Shown piece after piece: positions 50,855-60,914 of a stretch of DNA of 64,000 bases. The stretch's first letter is position 1. Each line of letters begins with the position of its first letter. The position numbers and the translations under genes are program-made. The notes under the pieces were generated by a model. That model was not told the DNA's origin, made no database searches, and saw only the letters and a list, made by a program, of their open reading frames with translations. Source of the stretch: Candidatus Multivoradales bacterium (lineage in GTDB: Bacteria; Acidobacteriota; Thermoanaerobaculia; Multivoradales; JAHEKO01); assembly GCA_965223755.1 (NCBI GenBank), contig CBDCXF010000002.1, forward strand, positions 602,526 through 666,525. The letters run 5' to 3'.

Positions 50855-53800
50855 CTAAGGATCAGCGCCAGCGGTGATCCAGGACTCGATCGAGTTGATC
50901 GACGCCGCGTTGGGAGAACCTGAGGGGGCCATCTGAGCGAAGGGCCCACCGTATCCAGCAGCACCGGGGTTGCCGTTGATGAAGAACACCAAGAAACTCT
51001 GGTTGGTGTTCCCCGGTTCGACCAGATCCATCGCTACTCCAGCGCTCTGCGCCGGTTGGTTTACCAATTCTGGATGCGAGAACCCAGCGTCCAATCGCAG
51101 GCCACCGTCCGGGCTGCTGCCTGTGTGGCACGCGGTGCACGGAGTGGTGCCACTGCCCACGCCTTCGAAAATAGGCTGAATGGTCCCGGAGAAGAAGGTC
51201 ACTGGGGTCACACCCCCAGCGGTGTACTCTCCGCACTTGTCGCCCACCCAACCTGTGCCCGATCCGTAGGTGTCACCGTAGCTCTGTAGTTGAGCCACCT
51301 GGCTGGGACCGACGCTGGTCCAGAAGAGTTCGTGGGTGCGCTTCGCATGCGGCATCACGCCCTCGACACAGACGCGGGCTTCAACCGACCCGAGTAAGCC
51401 CTGGAAGTCGGCGTGAGTGTCGAACTCAAGCACGGCCACCGGATTGGTGACGTGGCAGGTGCGACACGAACGGGCAATGACATGCCTGTACATGTCCTGT
51501 TGCGCGCCCTCCGCCGCCCAGCCAGTGAGGAAGAAATCCTCGTCTTGATCTTGCGGAACACCACCAGGATACATTTCGCCGATGACGTTGCGCACCGAGG
51601 ATCCCACCGGCTCGGTCGCGACAACCAAGTCGTTGAGGTCTTGAATCTCTGCCTGTTGGTTCGCTTTGTTGAAGTTGACGTCGGTGTTGGGAAACACGAA
51701 TGCCGCGGTATCGAAGGGCAGAAAGCGCGCGCCCAATTTCACATCAGCAAGACTCGCGAACGTCGGCGTGCCAACGGTGGGACCGCTCGGATAAGCGCCG
51801 CCATGGCAAACGAGGCATAGCTGCGGCAGGGGCCGTGCGCCCTCACCGTCGAGATCGGCCTCGAGCAAGAGCGCATCCCCGGTGCCGTTGTAGGTGAAGA
51901 ACTTGACCGTCTGCTGGGCGTCGAGGACCTCTTCATTGCCGGGCGTCGCGGGGTCGTCGCAAGCCGTTTCGATGGGCGAAAACTCCATTGCAACAGTCGC
52001 GAATCGACCATTGTCCGCCAACGCATCGTTGGCGTCGTCTTGATCGGGCGCCGCTTCACTGCCGTAGTTCGAGACGTAGCACGCGACGTTGATGCCGTCC
52101 TGAGTGCAAGTCATGTCTCGACCGAAACCGAGATCGAAGTTGTTGGCGTAGACGGCGCGTGGATCTCCCGCGGCGAAGTTGTTGGTGGCAATGAAGTCCG
52201 CCAGCGTTGTGCGCTTGGAACAAGGATCGGCCTGGGCATAGTAGTCCAGTGCCGCCTGCTCCAGTGCCGCGAGGGCTGGATTGGTCGGATCGGAGGCCTC
52301 AAGCTCACTGAGGTTGGTCGCCTCGAACGTGTACAGACCCTCCAGAAACGGTCCACCCGCGGGCGGCAGTGAAATCGGTGCGAGCGTGACCTCCGTCGAG
52401 CAAGCGTCATAGGGAGGACCGGCGGGAAGATTGGGGTTGGTTGGGTTCTGCTTTCCGCCCGTATTCACTACAAAGATCCCGTAGGGAAAATCGGTGGTCG
52501 GGTCGTAGGGCACTAGGGTGATGTTGATGTTCTCGGGCAGGTTGTAAATCACGTGCTCGGTGGTCGTTGATTGGTCTACCAAACGGTCGAGAACCTTGGG
52601 AGCTGCGCCGCTCGGCTGCGGAACGGTCACTTCCATGCGATAACTGCTCGGGAGCGCCGGACTGAGCACGCGGACGCAAGATTGGTCCTCCTTCAGGGTG
52701 TCCGCATTGATTGAAGAAAAGTGCTCGACAGCCCCAACGTAGGCGTTGCCGACCAAATTCATTACGCCTTCTTCCCTCCAGACGCCAGCAATTTCGTCGT
52801 AGCTCAAGAGCGGTATTGAAGCTGGTTCGGGACCCGGCGCAGCCAACTGACTTGGATCCACGGGAATGGTAATTTTGGCACTGGATCCGGGTCTCAAATT
52901 GAGCGGCGTTCCGCCTTGATCTAGGGTCACAAACCCCGCACCATAACTCTGCATCACCGCCGTGTCGCCTCCTTGGCGCGTCGCGGTGAAGTCGCCTGGC
53001 ATCTGGTCGGGCGACTCGAGATCGACCGTCGCCAACGAAACCGTCACCAGGCCGGCGGGGGCGTTGCCGGAGCCGTCGACGATCGAGTTAGCTGGAATCT
53101 CGACCGAGATCCCCGGGCCACACTGTTTGTCCCGCTGCGACTTCCCGGGAAGCAGCACGGGGCCATTGCGGCGATCGAACGCGGACACCACGGTGCTCCT
53201 GCCATCCTGATACTGCGGGTTCTCAAAAAGATTGGGGAAGCGGTCCCAGTGGATCCGGTCAGTTGCGCGCCCGAGGCAATCTCGAGACGAGCGATCGTGG
53301 ACGACCACGATGTCCTGCGTCGGATCGACAGTCGTCTGCATCGCGCGCAACAGGGTCCAGCGACCTCCGGTGTGCGGACCGTCGTAGATCTTGGAGATAA
53401 AAGCGTATCCGGCGGCACGGATGGTCAGCACGTAGCGATCCTCCTCCGCGGTGTGGAGAGAAAAATAGCCATCGGCTCCAGTCGTGGCGGTCGTTCCGTT
53501 GACATTGACGGTGGCGCCAGCCACGGCGGGCGAGTCCGTGCCTCGCACCTTTCCTGAAAACCGAACCCCTTTGCCATCGACGCGAAGAGAAAGCGCGGAC
53601 TCCGCGTAGCCACCTCTTGAATCGAAAGCGGCGACGCGAACCGCATAGTGGCCGGGCGCAGCCGGCAGTTTCCACTCCACTGTGTCACTGGTGGTGCTGC
53701 TGAGCGTTCCCGCATCCGTCTTCCAACTAAAGGAAACAGCGTCACCATCTGGATCCTGGGCGCGGGCGACCAGCTTGACGGTCGATCCTGGCGCTGGCGC

Positions 53801-54568
53801 TTGGACGCGCTTGCCGCCAGCATCGGCCGGCACCAAGCCGCCCAGTCTGGGCGGATGGTTCAAGAAACGCAGGTTGATGTTATGGAACGGCGCCCCCTTC
53901 AGGTTCGCTTCGACCAGGATCGGCTGATCGCGAATCTCCTTCTCCGTGGACGCCCGCAACACGATCGGGGCATCTCCCGGCACAAGCGGCAGCACGTAGT
54001 CGCCAAAGTTGTTAACAGGCACATTGCGGAGCTCCTGTCCCGCGTCGTCGAGAAGGTGCACGCGGGCGTAGGAGTTGATGGCCAGCGACGGGGTGAGACG
54101 GCGAGCGGAACTCCCGTCAGCGAGGGTCACTTGGCCGAACAAAGTGGCCATGGTGTCCTTTCTCTGAGGCGTAACAAGAATCTTACTCAGATGCACGGGT
54201 TCGCCGTCGATCGAGAACTCCTCGCTACAGGCGGCTACATAGCCATCGGCATCTTCCCAGCAAATGTTGTACAGGCCGTCTTTGAGATCCCGGATTGTGA
54301 ACCGGCCGCTCAGATCGGTTCGCGTGCGGTAGGTTTCGTCACCCGTCTGGACGTTCTTGGCAAAAACTTCGAACTCCGGCACATAAACCTCTTGCACCTG
54401 GTCGAGGTGATGGAGAGGCAGAGAAACCGCGATATAACCGCGCACAAAGGGTTTGGTGGTGGCAATGTCGACAGTCGGCGTACAGCCGCAGAGAACGACG
54501 ACGCCAACAAAAAGCGCCTGCCACGCCCAGAATTTGGAATCACGGCCGGAACATTGATCGCGTCGCAT
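50855..54568 (-). CDS. Large lipoprotein with beta-sandwich domains and three CxxCH heme-c motifs
   Basis: AGGAG RBS, LCGC lipobox; carboxypeptidase-regulatory and PKD-like modules; CLVCH, CRTCH, CTACH. Confidence 0.75.
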   Translation of the reverse strand: MRRDQCSGRDSKFWAWQALFVGVVVLCGCTPTVDIATTKPFVRGYIAVSLPLHHLDQVQEVYVPEFEVFAKNVQTGDETYRTRTDLSGRFTIRDLKDGLYNICWEDADGYVAACSEEFSIDGEPVHLSKILVTPQRKDTMATLFGQVTLADGSSARRLTPSLAINSYARVHLLDDAGQELRNVPVNNFGDYVLPLVPGDAPIVLRASTEKEIRDQPILVEANLKGAPFHNINLRFLNHPPRLGGLVPADAGGKRVQAPAPGSTVKLVARAQDPDGDAVSFSWKTDAGTLSSTTSDTVEWKLPAAPGHYAVRVAAFDSRGGYAESALSLRVDGKGVRFSGKVRGTDSPAVAGATVNVNGTTATTGADGYFSLHTAEEDRYVLTIRAAGYAFISKIYDGPHTGGRWTLLRAMQTTVDPTQDIVVVHDRSSRDCLGRATDRIHWDRFPNLFENPQYQDGRSTVVSAFDRRNGPVLLPGKSQRDKQCGPGISVEIPANSIVDGSGNAPAGLVTVSLATVDLESPDQMPGDFTATRQGGDTAVMQSYGAGFVTLDQGGTPLNLRPGSSAKITIPVDPSQLAAPGPEPASIPLLSYDEIAGVWREEGVMNLVGNAYVGAVEHFSSINADTLKEDQSCVRVLSPALPSSYRMEVTVPQPSGAAPKVLDRLVDQSTTTEHVIYNLPENINITLVPYDPTTDFPYGIFVVNTGGKQNPTNPNLPAGPPYDACSTEVTLAPISLPPAGGPFLEGLYTFEATNLSELEASDPTNPALAALEQAALDYYAQADPCSKRTTLADFIATNNFAAGDPRAVYANNFDLGFGRDMTCTQDGINVACYVSNYGSEAAPDQDDANDALADNGRFATVAMEFSPIETACDDPATPGNEEVLDAQQTVKFFTYNGTGDALLLEADLDGEGARPLPQLCLVCHGGAYPSGPTVGTPTFASLADVKLGARFLPFDTAAFVFPNTDVNFNKANQQAEIQDLNDLVVATEPVGSSVRNVIGEMYPGGVPQDQDEDFFLTGWAAEGAQQDMYRHVIARSCRTCHVTNPVAVLEFDTHADFQGLLGSVEARVCVEGVMPHAKRTHELFWTSVGPSQVAQLQSYGDTYGSGTGWVGDKCGEYTAGGVTPVTFFSGTIQPIFEGVGSGTTPCTACHTGSSPDGGLRLDAGFSHPELVNQPAQSAGVAMDLVEPGNTNQSFLVFFINGNPGAAGYGGPFAQMAPSGSPNAASINSIESWITAGADP

Positions 54569-54958
54569 CAGAACTCTCCTTATGGTTTGTGCCCATGGGT
54601 CACTTCTTTGTCTAGCTCCCAACCGGAGGGGTCGTGTTTAGTGGCCTCATCTTCAAGGCGCGGCTGCGCGGAATCACCCGCGCCGTCGCCGCACCTCCGA
54701 ACAAGTGAGTCGAAAAGAAGATGCGTCCACCGCAAATGCGGACCAAGGTGGTGGCCACTCTGAACCAAATCTCCGTGAGGTCGCCTGAGGCTATCACGTC
54801 CGGGACGCGAAAAGAAAATGGACATCGCAGGAGCAGAACCCGCACGCGAGGACCCTGTACGCGTGGCGTGGCCGTCGTCCACTGACGGCATGAGTCAAGG
54901 AACGCTCGCGGTGACCTCGGCCGATACCAGGGGAGACCGATCGGACGCCCGTCTTTGG

Positions 54959-56122
54959 CTACTGCGATTCGCCGTCTGTCTGTCTACGGAGTTCTTTCCC
55001 TTTGATCATCGCCAGCTCTCGCAAGTCTTCGACTTGATCGGCCTCATCTACGATCTCGGTGCCGATGAGTGTTTCGACCACGTCCTCAAGTGTCACCAAA
55101 CCGGCCAGAGAACCGAATTCGTCAATCACCATCAGTATGTGTAGGCGCTCGTCGAGTAGGCGGTCGAATACGGCCTCTAGAGAGGCAGTCTTGGGAACGA
55201 CTTTGACCTTGCGTGCCAGTTTGCGAAGCGGAACCGATCCCTCGCCGGAGAGCTGACTGCGCAGCAGGTCAACCTTAAGGACGAACCCATGCACCGCGTC
55301 CTGGCTTTTGCCGAAGACCGGAATTCGGGAGTAGGGAAGGTCAGGATGTTGCGTCAGCGCCTCGTCGACGGTTAGATCCTGTTGAAGCGCGAAAACCACC
55401 GTGCGCGGAGTCATGATGGTTTCGACTCGCAGTTCCCGAAAGCGAAATAGATTCTTGACGATCCGCGACTCTTCCACCTCGATTTGACCACTTTCGACGC
55501 CGACGTCGGCGAGCGCCGCGAACTCCTCGCGGCTGAAGGAATGGGCGCTCTTGCCACGAGTGATTAGCTTGGTGAGAAGTTCGGAGAACCAGATGAACGG
55601 ATACAGCGTCGCGATAAGAATCCTCACGAATGCCACCGTCGGCCTGGCAAGCGTGCGCCAGTAGACGGCGCCGAGCGTCTTCGGAACGATCTCCGAAAGA
55701 AACAAGATCAGAAGAGTCAACACCGCCATCGCCAAGCCGACCCAGCGGTCGCCAAAATAAGCCGCCGCCTCGGCACCGGCGCCTCCAGCCCCGACGGTAT
55801 GGGCGATCGTGTTCAGGGTCAGAATGGCGGCCAGGGAGCGGTCGATGTTTGACTTGATGTGCTGCAGGCGGTCGGCCAGCGGTTTTCCCTGCTGCCTCAG
55901 GTGGGCGATGAACGACGGTGAGACGCTCAGTAGTACGGCCTCGGCGACCGAACAAAGAAAAGAGAACACCAGCGCGACGCTGGCGTAGACGATCATCAAC
56001 ACCAGATGGCGGGGTTCCCCCGTGCCCTCCCCCGAGCCTGTGGGTAACACCGCCGCCGAGGCGGAAACAACGATGCCGAAAGCTCCGATAGAGATCAGCA
56101 GGGCGAGTCGACGGTTACGCAT
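54959..56122 (-). CDS. CNNM (DUF21) plus CBS hemolysin-family membrane protein
   Basis: SFLCSVAEA, EIVPKT, MTPRT, YSRIPV, DEFG..GLVTLED. Confidence 0.9.
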   Translation of the reverse strand: MRNRRLALLISIGAFGIVVSASAAVLPTGSGEGTGEPRHLVLMIVYASVALVFSFLCSVAEAVLLSVSPSFIAHLRQQGKPLADRLQHIKSNIDRSLAAILTLNTIAHTVGAGGAGAEAAAYFGDRWVGLAMAVLTLLILFLSEIVPKTLGAVYWRTLARPTVAFVRILIATLYPFIWFSELLTKLITRGKSAHSFSREEFAALADVGVESGQIEVEESRIVKNLFRFRELRVETIMTPRTVVFALQQDLTVDEALTQHPDLPYSRIPVFGKSQDAVHGFVLKVDLLRSQLSGEGSVPLRKLARKVKVVPKTASLEAVFDRLLDERLHILMVIDEFGSLAGLVTLEDVVETLIGTEIVDEADQVEDLRELAMIKGKELRRQTDGESQ

Positions 56123-56295
56123 GTTCCGGAAACCCTAGCCCATTTGGAAGCAGAGGTCTTCGACCCTGTTGGTCCTCACGAACACCAGACTCGACCTGCT
56201 CTGCTGTCGATTCCCATTCCACGACCATAGTGTTGGGCGGAGACGCCCGACGCTACCAACCGCGCCGTTTCTGCATTCCGCGTGATCGCAAGCGG

Positions 56296-57477
56296 CTACT
56301 CGAACAGCGCCAAGAACTCGCCGTAGCCCTCGGACTCCAGCTCTTCCTTGGGCACAAACCGCAGTGCTGCGCTGTTCATGCAGTAGCGCTGTCCGGTGGG
56401 TTCGGGGCCGTCGGGAAAAACATGCCCCAAGTGGCTGTCGCCATGCTTGCTGCGCACTTCGGTGCGGGTCATGAAGAGCTTGTTGTCTTCGTGGGTGACG
56501 AGATTTTCGGCCACCAAAGGCTGCCAGAAGCTCGGCCAGCCGGTGCCGCTCTTGTACTTGTGGGTCGAAGAGAAGAGGGGCTCGCCACTGACGATGTCGA
56601 CGTAAATGCCCTCGGCCTTGTTGTCCCAGTACTCGTTGTCGAACGCCCGCTCGGTGCCTTCCTCTTGAGTGACGTGGTACTGCAACGGTGTCAGCTTGGC
56701 GCGAATTTCCTCGTCGCTGGGTTTCGTGTATTTGTTGACGGGCGGACCAAGGCCCACCCCTACGAGTGGAGCTTTGGGCTCCGGCAATGGGTCGTCCTTC
56801 CAAGTCCGCTTCAGGAACCCGGCACGCCCGGATCCCACCTTGTAGCGCTCGTATCGTGAGGCGTTGGTCTTGTAGTAGTCCTGATGGTAGTCCTCGGCGA
56901 CGTAGAACGGGCCCGCCGGCTCGATCTCGGTGACGATCGGATCGGAGAACTTGCCCCGCTCCTGAAGCGCCGCCTTGGAGGCCTCGGCGAGCTGACGCTC
57001 TTCATCGGTTTGGTAGTAAACACCGGTACGGTACTGCGACCCACGATCGGCGAACTGGCCGCCGCCGTCGGTGGGATCGATGTTGCGCCAAAAGACCTCA
57101 AGCAGCGTCTCGTAACTGACCTTCTCCGGGTTGTAGGCGATGCGCACCGCCTCGGTGTGCCCGGTGGTTCCGGCGGACACTTCTTGGTAGGTCGGATTCT
57201 CGACCTGTCCCGCGGTATACCCGGCAACCGCTTCATAGACGCCGTCGAGTTGCTCGAAGGGGCCTTCCATGCACCAGAAACAACCTCCGGCGAAAATCGC
57301 GTAGGCCTTGGGTCCAGTGTCCATGACGGTCTCCCCCATATCAACCTCCTCGGTGTCCCCGTCGGCCACTTCAGCGGCGGACGATCCGCAAGCCAACATC
57401 GCGGCCCATACGGCGGCACCTGCCATAAGCGCGGCACTTGCGGCCGCGCCTTTCCTTGATGTTTGATTTTTCGTCAT
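56296..57477 (-). CDS. msrAB: Exported bifunctional methionine sulfoxide reductase MsrA/MsrB
   Basis: GGCFWC and AEDYHQDY (MsrA); [20 protein letters not shown] (MsrB); LAC lipobox. Confidence 0.95.
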   Translation of the reverse strand: MTKNQTSRKGAAASAALMAGAAVWAAMLACGSSAAEVADGDTEEVDMGETVMDTGPKAYAIFAGGCFWCMEGPFEQLDGVYEAVAGYTAGQVENPTYQEVSAGTTGHTEAVRIAYNPEKVSYETLLEVFWRNIDPTDGGGQFADRGSQYRTGVYYQTDEERQLAEASKAALQERGKFSDPIVTEIEPAGPFYVAEDYHQDYYKTNASRYERYKVGSGRAGFLKRTWKDDPLPEPKAPLVGVGLGPPVNKYTKPSDEEIRAKLTPLQYHVTQEEGTERAFDNEYWDNKAEGIYVDIVSGEPLFSSTHKYKSGTGWPSFWQPLVAENLVTHEDNKLFMTRTEVRSKHGDSHLGHVFPDGPEPTGQRYCMNSAALRFVPKEELESEGYGEFLALFE

Positions 57478-57542
57478 TCTCTTGAACTCCTAGATGTCAC
57501 CCGCGCTGTCACAGGCAGGTGAGCAACTCAGGTGCCCAATAG

Positions 57543-57569
57543 TACGTACGGGTCGTCCCAAAAAGATCA
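57543..57569 (-). promoter_or_regulatory. Possible ECF-type promoter of msrAB
   Basis: TGATCT-N17-CGTA resembles RpoE/ChrR-type promoters. Confidence 0.35.
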
Positions 57570-57594
57570 CAATTCGATCTCGTTTTTTCTCGCC

Positions 57595-58416
57595 TTATCT
57601 CGCCGCGAGGTCCGGAACAAAAGCGACGATACGTAGCGGCCCGCCGCTGCCGCCCTCGATCTTCATCGGCAACGCAAACACCGTCGCCCCGGTTGGCGGC
57701 AATCGATCCAAATTGGCGACGTTCTCAAAGCCGGGAATGTTCCGTTGGTAGAGGATGACGTGGGAGCGAAAGTCCTGCGACTGTCCGTAGTCGATACTCG
57801 GCGTATCGATGCCGACAGCCTTAATGGAACGCTCGGTTAGGAGCTGGGCGGCATCCGGGTGAATGCCAGGAAAGTGAAGTTCAGCCACGGCCTCAGGGCC
57901 GCGTCGACCGGTGCCCATGTAAGCGACTCGGTCACCGTAGAGTTCGGCTGAGCCGGTGTGGAACAAGACGATCGAGCCCTCCGGGATGACGCTGTACTGC
58001 TCTTCCCAATTGATGACATGCCGGGGCGCGATCTGGAAGTCGCGACTCTCCGAGGCTTGGTCGCTGACGTCAATCACGATCGCGGGGCCGATGAGTCGAT
58101 CCAGCGGGATCTGGTCGGTGGTGTGCTTGCCCTCGGCGAAGTGGATCGGCGAATCCACATGCGTGCCGCCGTGCTCGGCGGCGGAGAAGTTGTAGGCGGT
58201 GTAGTACCAGCCGCCCTCGGTGTGGCCCTCGAACACCGTCTCTTTCTTGAACTCCTGCGCAGTTGGCCAGTAGACGGATGCTTCGTTGAACGGGTGGGTG
58301 AGATCAACCCACCGTCCGCGCGAGAAGTCGAGGCCGTCCTGGATCGGTGTTCGTTCGACCCCGCCACAGGCGGCCACCGTTACGAGAACCACGGTCCAAA
58401 TATGCGCTTTATTCAT
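57595..58416 (-). CDS. Cyclase-family (kynurenine formamidase-like) lipoprotein
   Basis: EHGGTHVDSPIHF, VGIDTPSID, ENVANL, GSGGPLR; AAC lipobox. Confidence 0.88.
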   Translation of the reverse strand: MNKAHIWTVVLVTVAACGGVERTPIQDGLDFSRGRWVDLTHPFNEASVYWPTAQEFKKETVFEGHTEGGWYYTAYNFSAAEHGGTHVDSPIHFAEGKHTTDQIPLDRLIGPAIVIDVSDQASESRDFQIAPRHVINWEEQYSVIPEGSIVLFHTGSAELYGDRVAYMGTGRRGPEAVAELHFPGIHPDAAQLLTERSIKAVGIDTPSIDYGQSQDFRSHVILYQRNIPGFENVANLDRLPPTGATVFALPMKIEGGSGGPLRIVAFVPDLAAR

Positions 58417-59275
58417 AAAACTCCGGCGCCTTGTTCAAGGTCTCAAATCGTGCCAATTCATGTTCGATCCACAGTTGCGCTCCGGTCTCCTCCACCAATC
58501 GCTCAACTCGATCCATCGAGGCCAAAGTCTGTTCAGCATCGAAATTGAAGCTGGGCACCAGTCGGCGCTCCCGGCTTTCTCGCAAATGATAGAGATCGCC
58601 GGAAAGGACAATGGGGCCGGTTTCCTCAAGATCGACGAACAGCGACTGATGCCCCGGCGTGTGGCCGGGCGAAGCGAGCAGGCGCACCGAACCGTCGCCA
58701 AAGACATCGTGGTCGCCGTCCAGAATCTGGATCTCGGCATCCTTGAGACCTGAATAGAGATCGGGGTCGAAGTACATCGCCCGAGCGGTCTCGTCGTCGA
58801 CAAATGCGGCGTCATATTCGGCCTGCTGAATGAGCAACGTGGCGTCTTCAACTTCATTGGCGACACCGATGTGGTCGAAATGCGTGTGCGAGAAAGCGAC
58901 CAAGTCAAACGAGCTCATATCGAGGTCGATTGCTTCTAGTTGTTCGGCCAAAGTTCGATCCAGTTTCTGCAACATGCCTTCATCGCCGGTCCATCCTTCG
59001 GCGTCGGCGACGCTCGACGGCAATCCCCCCTCCCACAACAGACGCCCGGCCGAGTGATCGACGACGTAGCAGGGTACCGCCAATTCGCGGACATCGGTCT
59101 CATCGTCACCGATCGAGAACGCTTCGACACTGGCGAACTGGATCCGGCCGCAGTCGAAGACGTAGAGCTTCAAAGAGGCTTCCTCTTGCACCTGCTCGGG
59201 ATCAACTGCCGGCGAGCCACAGGCCAGAAGGGCCAAGATCGGCAATGCCGCCCCGCCGTTGCGCGTGAGCATCAT
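58409..59275 (-). CDS. N-acyl homoserine lactonase-family metallo-beta-lactamase lipoprotein
   Basis: HTHFDH, PGHTPGH, GDLYH; LAC lipobox. Confidence 0.85.
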   Translation of the reverse strand: MMLTRNGGAALPILALLACGSPAVDPEQVQEEASLKLYVFDCGRIQFASVEAFSIGDDETDVRELAVPCYVVDHSAGRLLWEGGLPSSVADAEGWTGDEGMLQKLDRTLAEQLEAIDLDMSSFDLVAFSHTHFDHIGVANEVEDATLLIQQAEYDAAFVDDETARAMYFDPDLYSGLKDAEIQILDGDHDVFGDGSVRLLASPGHTPGHQSLFVDLEETGPIVLSGDLYHLRESRERRLVPSFNFDAEQTLASMDRVERLVEETGAQLWIEHELARFETLNKAPEFYE

Positions 59276-59619
59276 GAGTCCCCCTCCGCGGCCAGATAGG
59301 CCAATACCGCCCGCGCCACTGAGATTGGGTTCCCCTCCTTCTCGACACAGACCGACACATGGCCCCACGATTGCGGCACCACCAACTGAAAGAAATTGCC
59401 GTAGCGGATCACTAGGTATTCAAGCCCGCCGCAGTCGATGTCGCCCCGTTGCCCGGCAAGCTTGAGCAGGGTTGGGTTGACCAGCAATTCCTCGTAGCGG
59501 TCAGTTTCGCTCGAACTGGCGCCGGCCGTTCCTTGCTTGGACTCCATTTGCAGTTCGCCATCTCGATAGATGGCGACGTAGCGAATAGCGGTTGACAGGG
59601 CGAATAGGGCTTGGATCAT
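59272..59619 (-). CDS. Small hypothetical protein (possibly roadblock/profilin-like)
   Basis: Stop overlaps the next start (ATGA); YEELLVNPTLL, YLVIRYG. Confidence 0.6.
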   Translation of the reverse strand: MIQALFALSTAIRYVAIYRDGELQMESKQGTAGASSSETDRYEELLVNPTLLKLAGQRGDIDCGGLEYLVIRYGNFFQLVVPQSWGHVSVCVEKEGNPISVARAVLAYLAAEGDS

Positions 59620-59675
59620 CGTTCGGCGGCGCAATCGTATAGTGATCGCTTTTGTGCCACCGTAGCGAAACTAGT

Positions 59676-60721
59676 TGTGTTGTCTCACCACGTTGTTCAG
59701 TAAAAGGAGTTGTCCATCCGAGTTTCTTCGGAGAAGCTGATTGGGAAGTAACCGATCAGCACCCAAAGGAGAACCCGGATGGACATTCATGAGAATGCAC
59801 GAAGCTGCCCACGAAGTCGAGCCCTGCTAGTGCGTCGAGTCCTTGAGGAGGGATGGACGGTGCGAGAGGCCGCTGAGGCCCAGGGCCTCAGCGAGCGATC
59901 AGCCTATCGCTGGTTGGCCCGCTTTCGAGCCGAGGGTACGCCTGGGCTCAAGGACCGCTCGTCTCGGCCTCACCGGATACCGACCAGGACCCCAGAGGCG
60001 ATCGTGCACAAGCTCATTGAGCTGCGTTGTCAGCGCTTGACCGGCAGTGAGATCGCCGCTCGTCTGGGCTTACCGCGCTCGACGGTAGGGAGGATCCTTA
60101 AGCGTGCAGGGCTGGGCCGGTTGGCTTCGCTTGAGGCTCCTGAGCCGGTGCGCCGCTATGAGAAGCAGTTTCCGGGCGAGCTGATCCATCTGGATATCAA
60201 GAAGCTGGCGGCAATCCGCAAGGTCGGCCACCGGGTCACTGGCAACCGGCGCGACTGCACTCCTGGGGCCGGATGGGAGTTTGTTCACGTCTGTGTGGAT
60301 GACCGCTCACGCCTGGCCTATGTCGAAGTGTTACCGGATGAACGGCAGGGCTCAGCCATCGCGTTCTTACGTCGTGCTGTGGCCTGGTTTGCCAGCAAAG
60401 GGATCCAGGTCCGGGCGGTGATGACCGACAACGGCCCTTGCTACATTGCCAAGCGCTTTGTCGCTACCTGCAAAGATCTCGGCCTGGGCATCATCAGAAC
60501 ACGCCCATACCGACCCCGCACCAATGGCAAGGCCGAGCGCTTTATCCAGACCCTGATGCGGGAATGGGCCTACCGATGGGTCCACCAAGACTCCCGACAG
60601 CGTAGCGTGCGACTCAAGCTATACCTCCACTTCTACAATTTCCACCGTCAGCACATGAGTCTTGATGGATTGCCGCCAATCAGTAGGATCACTCACCTGA
60701 ACAACGTGCTGAGAATGCACA
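59676..60721 (+). mobile_element. IS481-family insertion sequence (1046 bp)
   Basis: TGT...ACA ends; imperfect IRs TGTGTTGTCTCACCACGTTGTTCAG / CTGAACAACGTGCTGAGAATGCACA; flanks ACTAGT and ACTAGC. Confidence 0.9.
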
Positions 60722-60726
60722 ACTAG
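59779..60726 (+). CDS. IS481-family DDE transposase
   Basis: MDIHENAR, PGELIHLDIKKL, VDDRSR, TDNG, TNGKAERFIQT. Confidence 0.95.
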   Translation: MDIHENARSCPRSRALLVRRVLEEGWTVREAAEAQGLSERSAYRWLARFRAEGTPGLKDRSSRPHRIPTRTPEAIVHKLIELRCQRLTGSEIAARLGLPRSTVGRILKRAGLGRLASLEAPEPVRRYEKQFPGELIHLDIKKLAAIRKVGHRVTGNRRDCTPGAGWEFVHVCVDDRSRLAYVEVLPDERQGSAIAFLRRAVAWFASKGIQVRAVMTDNGPCYIAKRFVATCKDLGLGIIRTRPYRPRTNGKAERFIQTLMREWAYRWVHQDSRQRSVRLKLYLHFYNFHRQHMSLDGLPPISRITHLNNVLRMHN

Positions 60727-60914
60727 CCACTGCATCGAAACTGCACGGGCGCCGCGGTCACCGGCATCATCCAGTTTGAAGTCGACCGCTCCATCACCAG
60801 CCTCATGCATACTCCTCTCGACGGAGAAGCGTTTCCGCCGGCAACTGGCCCTCGCTATTGCAACTGGGTCGATCTGATGACGCTCTAGCTGGCCGCCATC
60901 GGCCTGCAGGCGTC

